Shown here one piece after another: positions 12,301 to 50,854 of a stretch of 64,000 bases of DNA (its first letter is position 1; every line of letters starts with the position of its first letter). The position numbers and the translations under genes were made by a program. This DNA is from Balanoglossus misakiensis (taxonomy: Eukaryota > Animalia > Hemichordata). The notes beneath the pieces were generated by a model. The model was not told the DNA's origin, searched no databases, and saw nothing but the letters and a program-made list of their open reading frames with translations. Location of the stretch: contig CM082585.2 in assembly GCA_040954595.2 (NCBI GenBank), positions 6,101,808-6,165,807 of the forward strand, written 5' to 3'.

Positions 12301-15300
12301 AAGTTTTTGTGGAAATCATCAAATTTTTCGTCAAATTGCACAATTGCCTTTTTTGTATCGTGAAATACCACGCCACTATCTCAAGTACCATGCTCCATCA
12401 TCGCCACTGTAAACGAGAGTGGGTCAGTCACTTGGAAACTCCCGGTCACGTGGTCGCACGAGATGTGGGCATGAATGAGACTACCTTTGAATACCTACCA
12501 TGGTTACGCATCCTCGTTCGCCTGTGTGACCAACTTCACTCCTGGACATTCCTCAGATTGCCATGACTATAATGTCTTACACCGGCCGTTTTTGGGCTTC
12601 TATTTTGCTTTCTTTAACAACGTTTCGCCAAGCTACAACAAGCAGTCGATGGCTTCTCGTCACAGACTTGATCGAACAGAGACAAAATGTATGCCAGACC
12701 AAACTGAAGTAGTCTAAAGATCTTCAGTGACCAGTATCTTCGTGCAACCACATGGCTCTGGGAAGTCCAACACAAAATTTAAAAAAAAAATAGCACGTAA
12801 GAATCTTAGTGTGGGAGGGGTAGATGATAAAAGGGGTGTTAGATTTGGGGATACTGTTCAGACGAGGTAGTGTATCATTCTTGTTTAAATCGATCAAGTC
12901 TGTGAGTGAGTATCAACCGTTCTGTTCTTTTCTTGCTTTTCCCGCGCTTTTCTCGCTCTCTACCTATGCTCCCCAAACTTCTGGCTATACGCTCCCCCCC
13001 CTCAACCCCCAAAATACGAATTAACACCATAATGATTTCTTTTTTCCCCTGAAGACAGTGCAGAATACGCCACACGTGTAACAATCGTCGATAGACATGA
13101 AGCTACGCGGTAACGGAAGTTTAAACATAAAAATTAAACAAAAACGCGCGGAGTTATTTGATGTTGTTCAGAAATTCTCGGCAACTCCTGTGGACAATGC
13201 TGGGTGCAAAATTATTGACTGGTCAACCAGAGCAAACGTGATCTCGGGTTACGCTGTCGTGAACTCGCCGACAAACAATAGCCGCTCAACGTTTTCTTCG
13301 GATCTTTTGTTCACAAACGAAGCACCTCATTCATATAGAAATTATCCCGAACAAGTTGCCCAAGTTCGTTTCCCGCGCTCCCGACAAAAATTATTAAGAC
13401 ATGATGTAAAATTACATACTAAATTTTCAGTCTGGCGAGAAAGTCAGTACTCATGCAGAGCAAAAAATAAAGGAATATGCGCCAAGTTTAATGTATTATT
13501 CAGAGATTCTTCAGCTGACGGGAAAAAGTCACCAATATCCGCACTCATATCCGACATGATTCATTGCGATGCTTGTGACGTCAGTCCGTGCGCCAGTCAC
13601 GTTCAGACCGCGGAACATAAAGCCCACTCAAGTGTAGCGATCTGTACTCGTTTATTTTATCACCGGGTGACTCGTGTACACAGTCCACAAGTCAATGTCT
13701 GAATTTCCGATATATTCTTTTGCGAGCACTTTTTTTAAGCGCGAAATTGCCACCTAATTAGCATAATGAACGCCGAGCTTTGACGTCAACGCTTTGACCT
13801 TGATGACCTTGTTTGGAATCTGATAAAGCCGGAACTAATTTTCGGGGTTGCCTATAGGTGACACCTGCGCGTATGTCTAAATTAATCCGCACGAGCACAA
13901 AGTAATCGGTCCACGGGATCTGCCTTCGCGTCGGCGGCACACACTCCACTTTCGCGGGGGTTGTCATTTTTTATTCGTTAGGAATTAAAAACAATATTTG
14001 CGAGAAATTTAGTATTCGATATTAAGATATAATGAGACAGAATCTTGAAATGGCCGTGTGCAGCTGTAGTTCGCCGGAAGAGTTCCGTATTCAAATTTTT
14101 GGTCGTACTCTATACACTAACACGGAGAAGATTATTTTGGATTGTTGTATTTTCCTTGTACGCGTCAGTTACAGTTTCCGGAAACACGGTACGACTGTTA
14201 CCAACATGTTATATTCGTAATCTGACAAATTAGTACACGTAGTAGTACTAACAGCTAAAAAGGTTATATATTATGGTGAAAAAGTCCGTGACAGCTGTGC
14301 TCTGATCGCAGACAACTCCGTGATTGAAGGCACAGGAAAAAATATAGATCGCATTAGAGGAACAAGAGTAATCAAAAGGCAAAAAATTGTGACGTAGTTC
14401 CTTCGTGAATTTGCTGCTAGTCACATAACCGACGCATTCAGATTTTCAGTGCAACTTTCACTGGCGTAGCAGAAGGGATATACCGGGTGTCCTTCGCCTA
14501 ACAAAGTTTGGATAAACAGTCACTCACTTAGCAGAATGTTCGCTACGTTTGCTCTTTTTGTAGTTTTCGTGATCCGCCCCCGTTTCCACAGGCTTCGTCC
14601 CGTTTCTATGGTGTTCTCCCCGTTTCCATGGTGTCTCCTGCGTTTCCATGGCGATCGCCTTGTTTCCACGGCGATCGCCCTGTTCTCACAACTATGTCAC
14701 CGTCTCTACTGTCTCCTCGCTATCCCTCACACGCGATTCCACGAGAATTCGCGGGGTGTCGATCTGCCCTTCTGTCAAATAATCGTATACATTCACGCCA
14801 TCCGATATATTGTTTCATTACTTTTGAAGATGGCTGATAATAAGTTTGACGAAACTGTTGAATGCAACAGATTAAGTTTGAAATAAGATCGAAATTGTTT
14901 GCTCGAGAATCGTGGAGTTTCTTTCGAATACATTTCAGATCAGAACGTGCGTTGTCATAGAAACCAATGCATGAGGGCGTCACCCAATACTCTTTTAATG
15001 TTATTAACGATAGCTATAGTAAGGGAGATAACACATAATGCATCTTGTGTTTTCGCTGATAGATGATACTTTAAAACAATATTTTGCTGTTACTTTAGAT
15101 GTTCTGATGGTTGTACGAGGGGTGTCTTGCAATTCATGTTACAAAGTAATGCTTGCGGTCATTTGTCTTTAAATCGAGTTCTGCCATATTAATGCATTAT
15201 GAAATATAAAATACACATTTAAAATAAAATGGAAGATTTTGTTAACAGAATGAGGGAACGCGCGCATACAGACTGGCAACCAGACAGACAGACAGACATA

Positions 15301-16152
15301 GACTAATGCATACAATAACCCGTACATGCAGGACGACTAATAGTGCTCCAGGCAACTTCAAAGTGTGATATCGTCAAATTTTGGTTACGAAACTGATACA
15401 CATTTCCGTTGGTTCAAGCGCCCTCAATCTCCTCCAAACGCCAAATTTCTAAACCCTCACACTAGACCAGGAAACAAAAACTTGATTCACGACACAAGTT
15501 TACTAACTATGTTAATATGGCTTCTTGCACATAGATACATAGATAAATGCACAGAGACAGATAGACAGACAGACAGACACGCGTGTAGACGCAGGGACAA
15601 CTTCTCTATGACAACACTGTAAGTGCAAGAAAAGTTACAGTTTTGAAAATAAGCCATCTTCACGTACATCCATCAGAACATTATAATTTCATATGCATCA
15701 AGAACACACTTGCTTTTATTGACCACTCTCTTACAGTTAAGAGGAAGTGCGCCTTCTCCGCCTCCCGCTCGTCCGTGCTGCTGGGCTCCACGTCACCGCA
15801 GGTCATCACCTACGACAAGCTGCACGCCAACAAGGGCAAGGACTTCGACATCTCCACGGGGGTCTTCGTCGCCGAGATCCCGGGCCTCTACTTCTTCAGC
15901 TTCAACGTGCGCTCCTACGACGGCAAGTACATCGGCGTCACCCTGATGAAGAACGACGAGACGCAGGTGGCCATCTCCACAGACGCCAGCGACAGGAGGG
16001 TGGTCCAGTCCCAGAGCATCATACTCCAGCTGGAGACCGCCGACAAGGTGTGGGTGCAGCTCGGCCCGCACGAGGAATATGGTATCTATAGCAACAGCTT
16101 CAACTACGTCACCTTCAATGGATTCCTTCTCTACCCGAACTTCATCAGATAA
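6389..16152 (+). CDS. Secreted C1q-domain-containing protein 1 (signal peptide, coiled coil, linker, gC1q; no collagen), about 341 aa
   Basis: Exon 6389-6998 (MFSTSIMKLVFTLLFFCPFGQIFRA..., coiled coil LDELWGRVQELEQKYNEVKQQNEEL; donor ACAG|gtatcc, phase 1) plus exon 15737-16152 (ttacag|TT AAG..., gC1q motifs CAFSA, FDISTGVFVAEIPGLYFFSF, LQLETADKVWVQL, TFNGFLLY, TAA). Joining across the 8.7-kb intron is inferred from phase and from the structure of the adjacent paralog. Confidence 0.85.
10063..10206. repeat. Degenerate pentamer microsatellite (CACAT/CACAG/CACAA)
   Basis: ATCACATCACATCACATCACATCATAGCATAGCACAGCACAGC... Confidence 0.85.
14575..14700. repeat. 20-bp minisatellite, about 6 copies
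   Basis: (C/T)GTTTCCATGG-type core at 14581, 14601, 14621, 14641, 14661 and, degenerate, 14681. Confidence 0.8.
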
Positions 16153-19100
16153 ATTTCAAGTCCCCGGATATCCAGCATAACTCGCAATATATATGTGTGT
16201 GTGTACGCTTTATATACGTGCTCAAGACTTAACGGTAGATGTGACTGCCAATGTTTATTTCAAGAAGAATTTTTGATTCCAGATAAAGTCTACTGCCATC
16301 CAGAAGGATATACCGATAGGAACACGCTTTTAAGGAATATATTATCACTATCATAGATTCAAAACTATATCGTATATATATTTGATATCTATCCGGAACG
16401 GCGACGACGACTGTGCTATGTTTCCTGGTGAATTCTTTTCGGATAACATTATGCGACATTTTCCGTCATTTTTTTGTTTCCGTTCGCCCGGAGTTTGATC
16501 GCCAGCCAAGGGGACCAACATGGCATTGCCAGTGTCTCAGTCCGAAACAGTCATCAAGTTTTAAAACATTTTTTTTTTGTAAAACGGCTGTCATAATGCG
16601 AGGACTATTGCAACCGAAGATCAACATTACTCGTCAAAGCCATTTATTAGTATTAAGATTACATTTATTTAATATTTACTTTATTTATTTCACAATCCCT
16701 TCGTCAACAAGGACTTGTGATTATTTATATCATTTTTTAAAGTCATGAGCTAAATCGTGTCCATGTACATGATACAGACCGCAAAACTGCCATACGTAAT
16801 TCTAAAGATATTTCAAAATTTGTTTTATTTTTATGCATGTATGTATGCATATATGCATATATGTACGTCGTATGAATGTATGTGTGTATGTTAAATGACG
16901 TATCTGCGTATTATTTATATTAATATTATTTATTTGCTATATTTAATATTATTTATTTGCTATATTTAATTATTTATTTATTTTTCGTTTTGTAATTTTA
17001 TTATATTTCGTCGAGAGCTTGCTATCTTTATTTATTTTGTGTGTGGCCAAATAACAGGCAAATTATAGCAGAAATATCCACAAATTTCGAGAAATTCGTG
17101 CAATCATAAAGCCAAAAACTTTTGTCGTGTTCCTTTGAATATTGAGAAGTGCTCCAATATCATATCAGGTTTTCTTTTTAAGTATTGTAATGCGTGCATC
17201 ACACAATGCAATATTGTTGTCCGTTGGCCAGCCCGTTTTTTGTGTCAGGAGTCATTGTTCTATACACTTCTGAACCGAATGATTTATGGACGAGCACTGT
17301 GTCTTATACATGCGCACTTTTGTTTTATAGTTTGGGATATAATTGAAGCGATCGATTCAAGCGTCGGACCCCGCCATAGAACCATTTAACCTTATAACGA
17401 TTACCACCATATGTTGATAATTATGCCGTGTGCGCACCAAAGAATTGTGATGTGGGTCTCTTTCAGTATGTTGTAATAATCTCTGATTGCAAGTCGTAAT
17501 AACAGACCACACTATCGAGTAAAAACTCGGGATATAAAGACGCCATCTTGATCTAGTGACGCAACACACCTCAGTCGCAATGTGTGTGACATGGTTTGAA
17601 AACAACGAAAACTATCTCATTCATTTTGATTCCACGGTAACGCATGCAATAGCAGTTTTCAAAGTTGCCAAAACTATTACCGATGTCATCGTGAATTATA
17701 GCGAATAATGTGTCTGCTGTGACAACGACGCGAAAAGAGTTAAGCTTCATTTGTCCGATGTAACTACAGAATGGTATTTTCCCTGCGATTTTTTTTTATC
17801 ATGACCGGACAAAACCGGCCATTTATTTGAAATTAAGCCATTCATTCATTTCTCGTTTCATACTCTTTAAGTCCAATAACTGCTTCCACGTTCTCACGGA
17901 GCTCGTGTTACGTGTGAGAGCGACTGACTGTCTCGATTTCTTTAAGTTCCTGCCCAATCAAATAAAAAACAGTGTATTTATATTCACGGGGCCATTGTGT
18001 TCAATCATGATCAATCGATATTAAAGGGCTTTTTATATGACCGTTTTTATATGTACGGGATAAGCCGTATTGTCCCAATAGAAGTGTGACTGTGTATCTC
18101 ATTGACGGCGGCAAAGTATTTGTCGACCGTACATACATTCGACCGATACTAGCCGAAGAATTTCTAGCGTTAACAACTTTTACAGATTTTCTTTCCATTT
18201 TATATCAGCGTTATTAATCTTTGATTATAAAAACTTTTTCCAGATATTACGAAGTTAAAAATACAGCTTATAAAAGTTATCATTGCTATCTGTTCTGTAA
18301 ATACTTTTTTGAAACATTCTTCCATTGTAGTAGTACTGTAGTATCATTTATCGTTATTATACTGAGACTGTTTGAGAAATTTTGTAACTGTCAAAAACAG
18401 CTAATAAAGTACAACCATTTATACGCTTCGTAATAATGATCAGGCTTTATTTTCAATTTGTAGCTGGGTGGTTTCTACGGCGACAGCTTGAGAATACCGT
18501 ACCGCGTAAGTAAAAGACGTCGCCGTTCCCGACATCTGATTTTAATTAGATTGAATCGTTTCGTGGTCCACGGAATTGACTGCAACGCGCATGTCACCGG
18601 AGACGGTGACGATCTCCCGGAATACCTAGGGGATATTTATACTAGGCCGAGTTCAGCTACAATACCGGTTCGCCATGAGACGTCAACTTGATCGATTTCC
18701 ACAATGAACCCCGGCGAGGCAGCTGGGGGTGTCGAAATCTACCACCATCATCTAACCTTGAGTTTACAGCGCACGTGTCGTTGGAAGCTCCCATTCACGC
18801 GGTTTATTAAGTCTCCGTCGGGTCAAGCGAAGGGCGGTATTCAAGTTTGCGCGACTGCGCCGCGCGCCGGATAATGGCGCGCTTACCCAGCTGCCGGAAT
18901 CAATTTACTGCACCGGCATTGTCAGATACTTTCTTCTTATAACATGGTTACTATGGACTAAATGGAGTCACCGAGGTTATCGTTTTGGTCAACGGTGTTT
19001 GCGATCCGAACGAGCGGGAACAAGAGAACTGTCTTTTGTTGCAAAAGTCCAAGATGATGTAGGTCACGTGACGTCAAAGAGAGAGAGAGAGAGAGAGGCG

Positions 19101-20200
19101 AAAGTGTTGTTCAAAGACAAACAAAAAGGAGAATTTTTAAAAGGCGTTTGGGGATTAACACGATCAACTGTTCAAAACGCCCGGTAATTACAGAGGGCAA
19201 ACTAATAAATATTAAGAATTTGAATCAGAATCGCGATTATAACCAGGCAAGATTTGAAAATTTGAAGAAAGGTGATTCGGTACCCGCAGTTATAAAATAT
19301 TCAGGACACAATAAGTTCCAGCGTGTTTTTTTTAAACAGAATCTGAAAGTCAAAAATTGATTAAAAAATGCCCTTAGAATGATAGACTCAACGGAGCCCA
19401 CGCGCTATTGAAATAGAAATAGGACCACGTTCGTCTCCTTCAGTCCTACTTATTATTGGCCCCATTCATGCAATTGAGATCTATATAGTGGATAATTCAG
19501 TAATTACAAGCACTGCGTCGTCAGGCCATTTGGTCGCTGTTGTAGAACATACATATACTCTCATGCGAAGTTTCATACAAAGCTTGAATCGTACTATTTG
19601 TCTAGCAACCCATTGCTACCGTAACCACGTTTGCTGATTTTTTTAATTTTTGTGTGGTAGATTGTAGGCCCACATTTACGAAGATTGGTGGTATTTTTAT
19701 TATACATGTATTCTGTTTATTTATCAGATTTGTCCAGTAGCAAACTCTGTTGTTCCGTTGGAAAATGAAACGCATGGACAGTTCTGTAACCCCTTTGACA
19801 CTTTCAACAATCTCTGTGTCCTTGAGATAGATAAAAAGGCTTTGAAATTATAGTATCCAGGGTCCAGGATTCCCACAAAGCGCCACCACTGGCCACTGTG
19901 ACTTTTTTTAAAAGTCTACTTGAATACCTCACGTGATGGTGACCTAAAACTACATACATGTACAATAAAAATCTCATTCATCGCGTAGATGATGTGGTAG
20001 TAACGTTATCATAGATTGAATGCACTATGGCCAAGGGACAATCACGTGTTGCTGTAAAAGTATTGGCACTATCCTCACATGACTGAACAGATGAAAGACA
20101 ATAATGATGACATCAGACTATTTTAAGCTTGGGTAACCCCCTGGCATGGTAGGTCACGTCAGGGTTGTTTAAAAAAGTCCGTGGTTATTCAACAGGCAAC

Positions 20201-21878
20201 ATGGAAAACTACAGAGTCGTCGTTCTCAGTTTGACCGTCCTCCTCGTCACGGCAAAAATAGCCGCAGGCCAGTCAGCGCAGAAACCAGAATCTGATATAA
20301 ATCACGGCAACCTGCAAACTTCTGAACACTTCGTCACCCTGACTAGTGTCCTGGAACGCGTGGGTCAACTGGAGGCCAAGTATGCCGAGCTGGAGGCAGA
20401 AAACCGGGAACTGAAGAGAATGTTGCTGCAAACTGCCGACAAGATCACAGAGCCCTCGGGACAAACCCTCCAGGAAGAGGATTCCGGACGACACCGGGCG
20501 GCGATCGGAAAAACTGCCAGCGTTATAAATAGTATCATTGAACCGGAAGTAGATGTGGCCACCAACCACCTGTTGGATTCGAACGACGACGTCCTCTCGG
20601 ATATCGACGGGAACACCGTCGAAGTCATCGCCGCGCAGCCGAGAGAAAACCCAGCCGTTGGAAATGAGTTGAACCTGAAATTCAGTGGCGATAAAGTCGC
20701 CGACAGTCCGAGCATGGGGTCAGGGAAACCAAATTCATTCAAGAGACGCGGTCAAGACACGATGGGATCCGCCCAAGCTCAGAATGAGGTACACGATTTG
20801 ACACAGGCGCAGGATTTCGGAGGCCTTTTCAAAAGTCAGATTCAACTTCTGTTTGAACTTTATGAAGACCTGAAAACCAGCCTTCCACGTAAGTGAATCC
20901 ATAGTGTCTACATTGAATCTTTCGTACCTTTCCAAAACCATATGTATTATGTAACGAATCACCTATAGTATTACAAAGCAACAACATGGTGATCTCTCAC
21001 CATTTTCTTGGAAAAGTTAGAGTACGCATGCGTGTTCTGAGACTTATTTTCGCTGACGTTTTTCACGGTCCAAGAAGCCACAAGACAGTTATGTTTTTAA
21101 AGAGACAAAGACACTTTATTCTGGCATTATTTTGCGTGAGAGACGTTACTAACTGCTCTTCTGAAAGCGTTTATTGAATATGTTCGCTATGTTTTCACAA
21201 CGAGTAATACTTTCTCTAATTTTACTTTTTGAAGACATGAGCTAGTAGTCTCGCCTATGTCTGACTTATAATATATTGTCCTGTGATTTGCGAAGTCCTA
21301 TTTGAAAATTTGAGAGTTTTTTTCTGACATCGAAATGTCAAATATGTCCCTCGTAGGATGAGTGTTTAACATTTGACTCTCCCATAGAAATTCTCTATAT
21401 CTGGTACACAACTTTTAGTTACGTCACAAAATTTTCTTCGTGGTTTTCCTCAATAGGAATGGATAGCAACAAGTGCGCATTTTCGGCGGCTAGATCGAGT
21501 TCGTTGCTAGGCGACGACCGTCTCGCCCAGAATGTGACCTTCGATGTCCAGTTCGCGAACAAAGGGAGATCGTTCGACCGGCGCAGCGGCGTCTTCACCT
21601 GCGAGATCCCCGGAATCTACTACTTCGCCTTCACCATGCGCTCCTACCACAACATGACGGTGGGCATCACGCTGGTGCGCAACGGCGGCGTTCTGGTTGG
21701 CATGACGACGGACCCCAGCCAGCGGGACGTGATGCAGAGCCAGTCGGTGATGGCCCAACTGGACGCGGGTGACCAGGTCTGGTTGCAGCTGGGCCCGCAC
21801 AAAGATTTCGCCATCTACAGCAACAACTATAACTACGTCACGTTCAGCGGATTCATCATTTATGTCAACAATGTATAG
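20201..21878 (+). CDS. Secreted C1q-domain-containing protein 2 (tandem paralog), about 369 aa
   Basis: Exon 20201-20888 (MENYRVVVLSLTVLLVTAKIAAG..., coiled coil LERVGQLEAKYAELEAENREL; donor CCAC|gtaagt, phase 1) plus exon 21457-21878 (caatag|GA ATG..., gC1q motifs CAFSA, FDRRSGVFTCEIPGIYYFAF, QLDAGDQVWLQL, TFSGFIIY, TAG). Confidence 0.92.
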
Positions 21879-22318
21879 AACACGATGTATGTTAATTTTA
21901 AAACTATTCCTGCGCAATAACTTGAGAAATGCATGTATATTTTTGGAAATAGCACGTTTGGTGACACTATTACCCCGCATTTTAGGGTTAATACTAGTTA
22001 ACTGTGGTCACAGCCCCTGCGCGGCTTTGGCCAACAAATGTACGCAAAAGACTGCCATGCGCATTGCCGAACGATTTATGAAACTTGCACACAGTAGCCG
22101 GGCTCTACGCACAGAGCAACGTATTTATGACACCAAATTCAGATTCAATGTCAAGATCATATTTTGGTATACAATGTAGTCTATTTTTTAATATGGTGCA
22201 ACACAAACAAACACCCTACGACCAGAAAGCGCTTTTGGATCGGAACAGAATTTTGAGCACCAACGAGGCTGTCATTTTAAAGTTAATTTCGGAAAATATT
22301 TTAAGTTTTCAAGCATAT

Positions 22319-22414
22319 TTTTGTTAAACTTTATCACTTATGGATTCCATCAAACATCGATTTCGGAAATATTTTGTTAAACTTTATCACTTATGGATTC
22401 CATCAAACATCGAT
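22319..22414. repeat. 53-bp-period direct tandem duplication
   Basis: TTTTGTTAAACTTTATCACTTATGGATTCCATCAAACATCGAT occurs twice, identically. Confidence 0.9.
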
Positions 22415-23114
22415 ATAGGCAATCAGCAAACAAGTTTTTACAGTTTTGTTAAATTTTCGCACAAAGCGCGAGTGCGTCATACACCGAATCTCAATGCATA
22501 CGCCAATGTAAATTGTCCTCTTCAGCCGTAGAGTATACAGTGAGTTACAATTACGTTTAGAATTTCTTGACACCGAGGGCGCACTTTCAGATATGAGGCT
22601 TATCATTTGCTAACATTTTACATGTACATGTACATACATGTAAACATTTTGTTTTAATTCAAGCACTGTCAATTTGGGAATATGAGTGGGTAATACAAAG
22701 ATATTTTTTATAGGCTCTTATATCGTCGAATAAGATATCAACTTTTAGAAAGCAACAGTACCTGATCAGTGCCTTGATGGTGTCTTGGTCAGTTTTTTTT
22801 CTGGGTGATTCCATCTCAGATTTGGAGCTGCTGACGGTAATCAAATGGAGACCCAAGAACACTTCCCACCTCAGCCTATTTCTGGGTTGTGAAAGCCAAG
22901 TCAGAATGTATTATTCTGTGCAGGCCATTAGTGAACAACCGACAAAGATAAATGCAGGTTGCTTTTTTGCCAGCATTCAGAAAAGTCAGGAAGGACACCA
23001 GAAAAAAACAATAATATTCAGTCTTGGAGTCGATACCTCTGTAGTGACAATGGTAAATTTATTCTATTTCTTGAAAATATAAAGACACCATGAAAGTAGT
23101 AAAAATTATACATT

Positions 23115-23155
23115 TTTAATATCTAACACTTGACCACCTGTATTTTAAATTTATT
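23115..23155 (-). terminator. Putative polyadenylation signals of the COL4A1-like gene
   Basis: AATAAA (about 23150-23155) and ATTAAA (about 23115-23120) on the minus strand, followed by U/GU-rich sequence. Implies a 3' UTR of about 1.6 kb. Confidence 0.45.
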
Positions 23156-23635
23156 AAAAAGAAGAAAAGAAAGGCAATCACAGTATAAAATTGGTAGTAA
23201 AAATCACGGGAGTATGAATATATAGGCAAATTTGACACTCCACAGATTTGGCATGTAGGCTCCAAGGATTCTATAAAGAAACATTTTTTTTATCTGTAGA
23301 GTGTACCAGTAATACAGGAATCTTTACAAAAGATGATTTTCCCAAAATCTGACGACTAAAAATCTGACAGGAAAATAACTTTTGACGAGAGTAGAAATGT
23401 TTGCCCGTTGTCGGGGAGTACATCACGGCTACAGCTACGACGATAATAATTATTAAAGTAGACTTAAAAGGCACTGTGTATACTTATGCAGCAAGTATTT
23501 CTACGATACTGTAACAGGTCACTGTAATTAATTGTACACTTTTTGTTGAACATAGCTGAATTTGTATCAGAAATGTAGAACTGGTTCTAGGATAGTACCC
23601 AAAACTGGGACGAAAAATTTGATACTCAATGCCGA

Positions 23636-23669
23636 TAGCACCATATACAGTTGTGTGAAAGTAGCACCA
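23636..23669 (-). promoter_or_regulatory. Two miR-29-family 8-mer target sites (TGGTGCTA) in the putative COL4A1-like 3' UTR
   Basis: Plus strand reads TAGCACCA at 23636-23643 and 23662-23669, i.e. TGGTGCTA on the mRNA strand. Located between the stop codon (24767) and the distal polyA signal. Confidence 0.65.
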
Positions 23670-24766
23670 TTGTTAAATAGGTCAAAGCACTCTTAACTGT
23701 TAGCTTGGATTGTATAAAGTACAACGTGTAGAAGACGGGAAGTCTGTCGATGGACTCCAAATCCCCTTATTTCAGTTTCAAAAGAGTTTACAATCTGTTT
23801 TTTCGTCTCTCCTACGCTGTATACATTGCTGCTACCAGTGACGTCACAAGACAGAACGATTTAATTCGCACACAGCACGCCACCATGAAGCATGTTCGAA
23901 ATACAAGAAACAACATTTGGTGGGCGGTATGTCCTTATGAAGTCTGAACAGAATATTCTATCGATGTGATTTTGGGCGAAAATGAAACTCGATGTAAACA
24001 GCACAGGAGAGAGGGTCGCTGACCTATCTAAACTACGAGTCACATTGAAAATGTGTCAGTTGAAATACCAAAGAAACGATAAAATGCTTAAAACGAGGTA
24101 CATTTGTAATAGGATTAGGAATGGAATCGGTAAACTTAATGACAAAAATCTTCAAAGTTAAACACTGTCAAAAATTCAAACGGAGAAAAAAATAACTAGG
24201 TGAGAAATTTTTGATACAATGACAGCTGGAGGTATTAAAAAAAATACAAACTGAATATTAAAGAGGATAATTAACATTACATCAAACGACATTACAGTAT
24301 AAGTTGCCACATTTGTTTTGTATCTATCGCTACACTCAGCTCGCATAAATAAATATTAGCATACGAAACTTGGCAAATTTCCAGATGCTACCCAGATCTT
24401 TCAACAAAGCCCCTTCTCAACAATGTGGCAGGTAATCTGTCAGGAGGAATTTTGGTTAACCGGTGATAACTACAGATAACAATTGTTTACAAGTCTCGAA
24501 CTAGACAATTGCACTATTACTGGTTAATTTGGGTGCCTGATTGTTGTACAGATTTTTCTCCTTTTGTGTTTTAATCCAAATAATCGTCGCTTCAGTTGCT
24601 AATCAACCACGTTGTATTGATGATGCAAGTTGCCTGTAACGTAGGCACCTGGTTTCGCCCACAACTGTCTTCACAGGGTATTTCTCCATGATTAGTTTCT
24701 TGCTTTTATTTCAGTATTTCCTTCTTTTTTTTTGGTCGTTCTCGCTGATAATTTTTCTGTGGCAAA

Positions 24767-50854
<26,088 letters not shown>

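Noticed and set aside
13097-13702. 201-aa plus-strand ORF
   Set aside because: No recognisable domain, codon bias or splice context; probably chance within repeat-derived intron sequence.
15710-16091. Overlapping alternative-frame and antisense ORFs in the gC1q exon (also 21507-22179)
   Set aside because: Explained by stop-codon depletion from extreme GC3.
23636-23690. Plus-strand TAGCACCATT as a miR-29 gene
   Set aside because: Identity ends after about 10 nt and no precursor hairpin is evident; better explained as target sites on the minus-strand mRNA.
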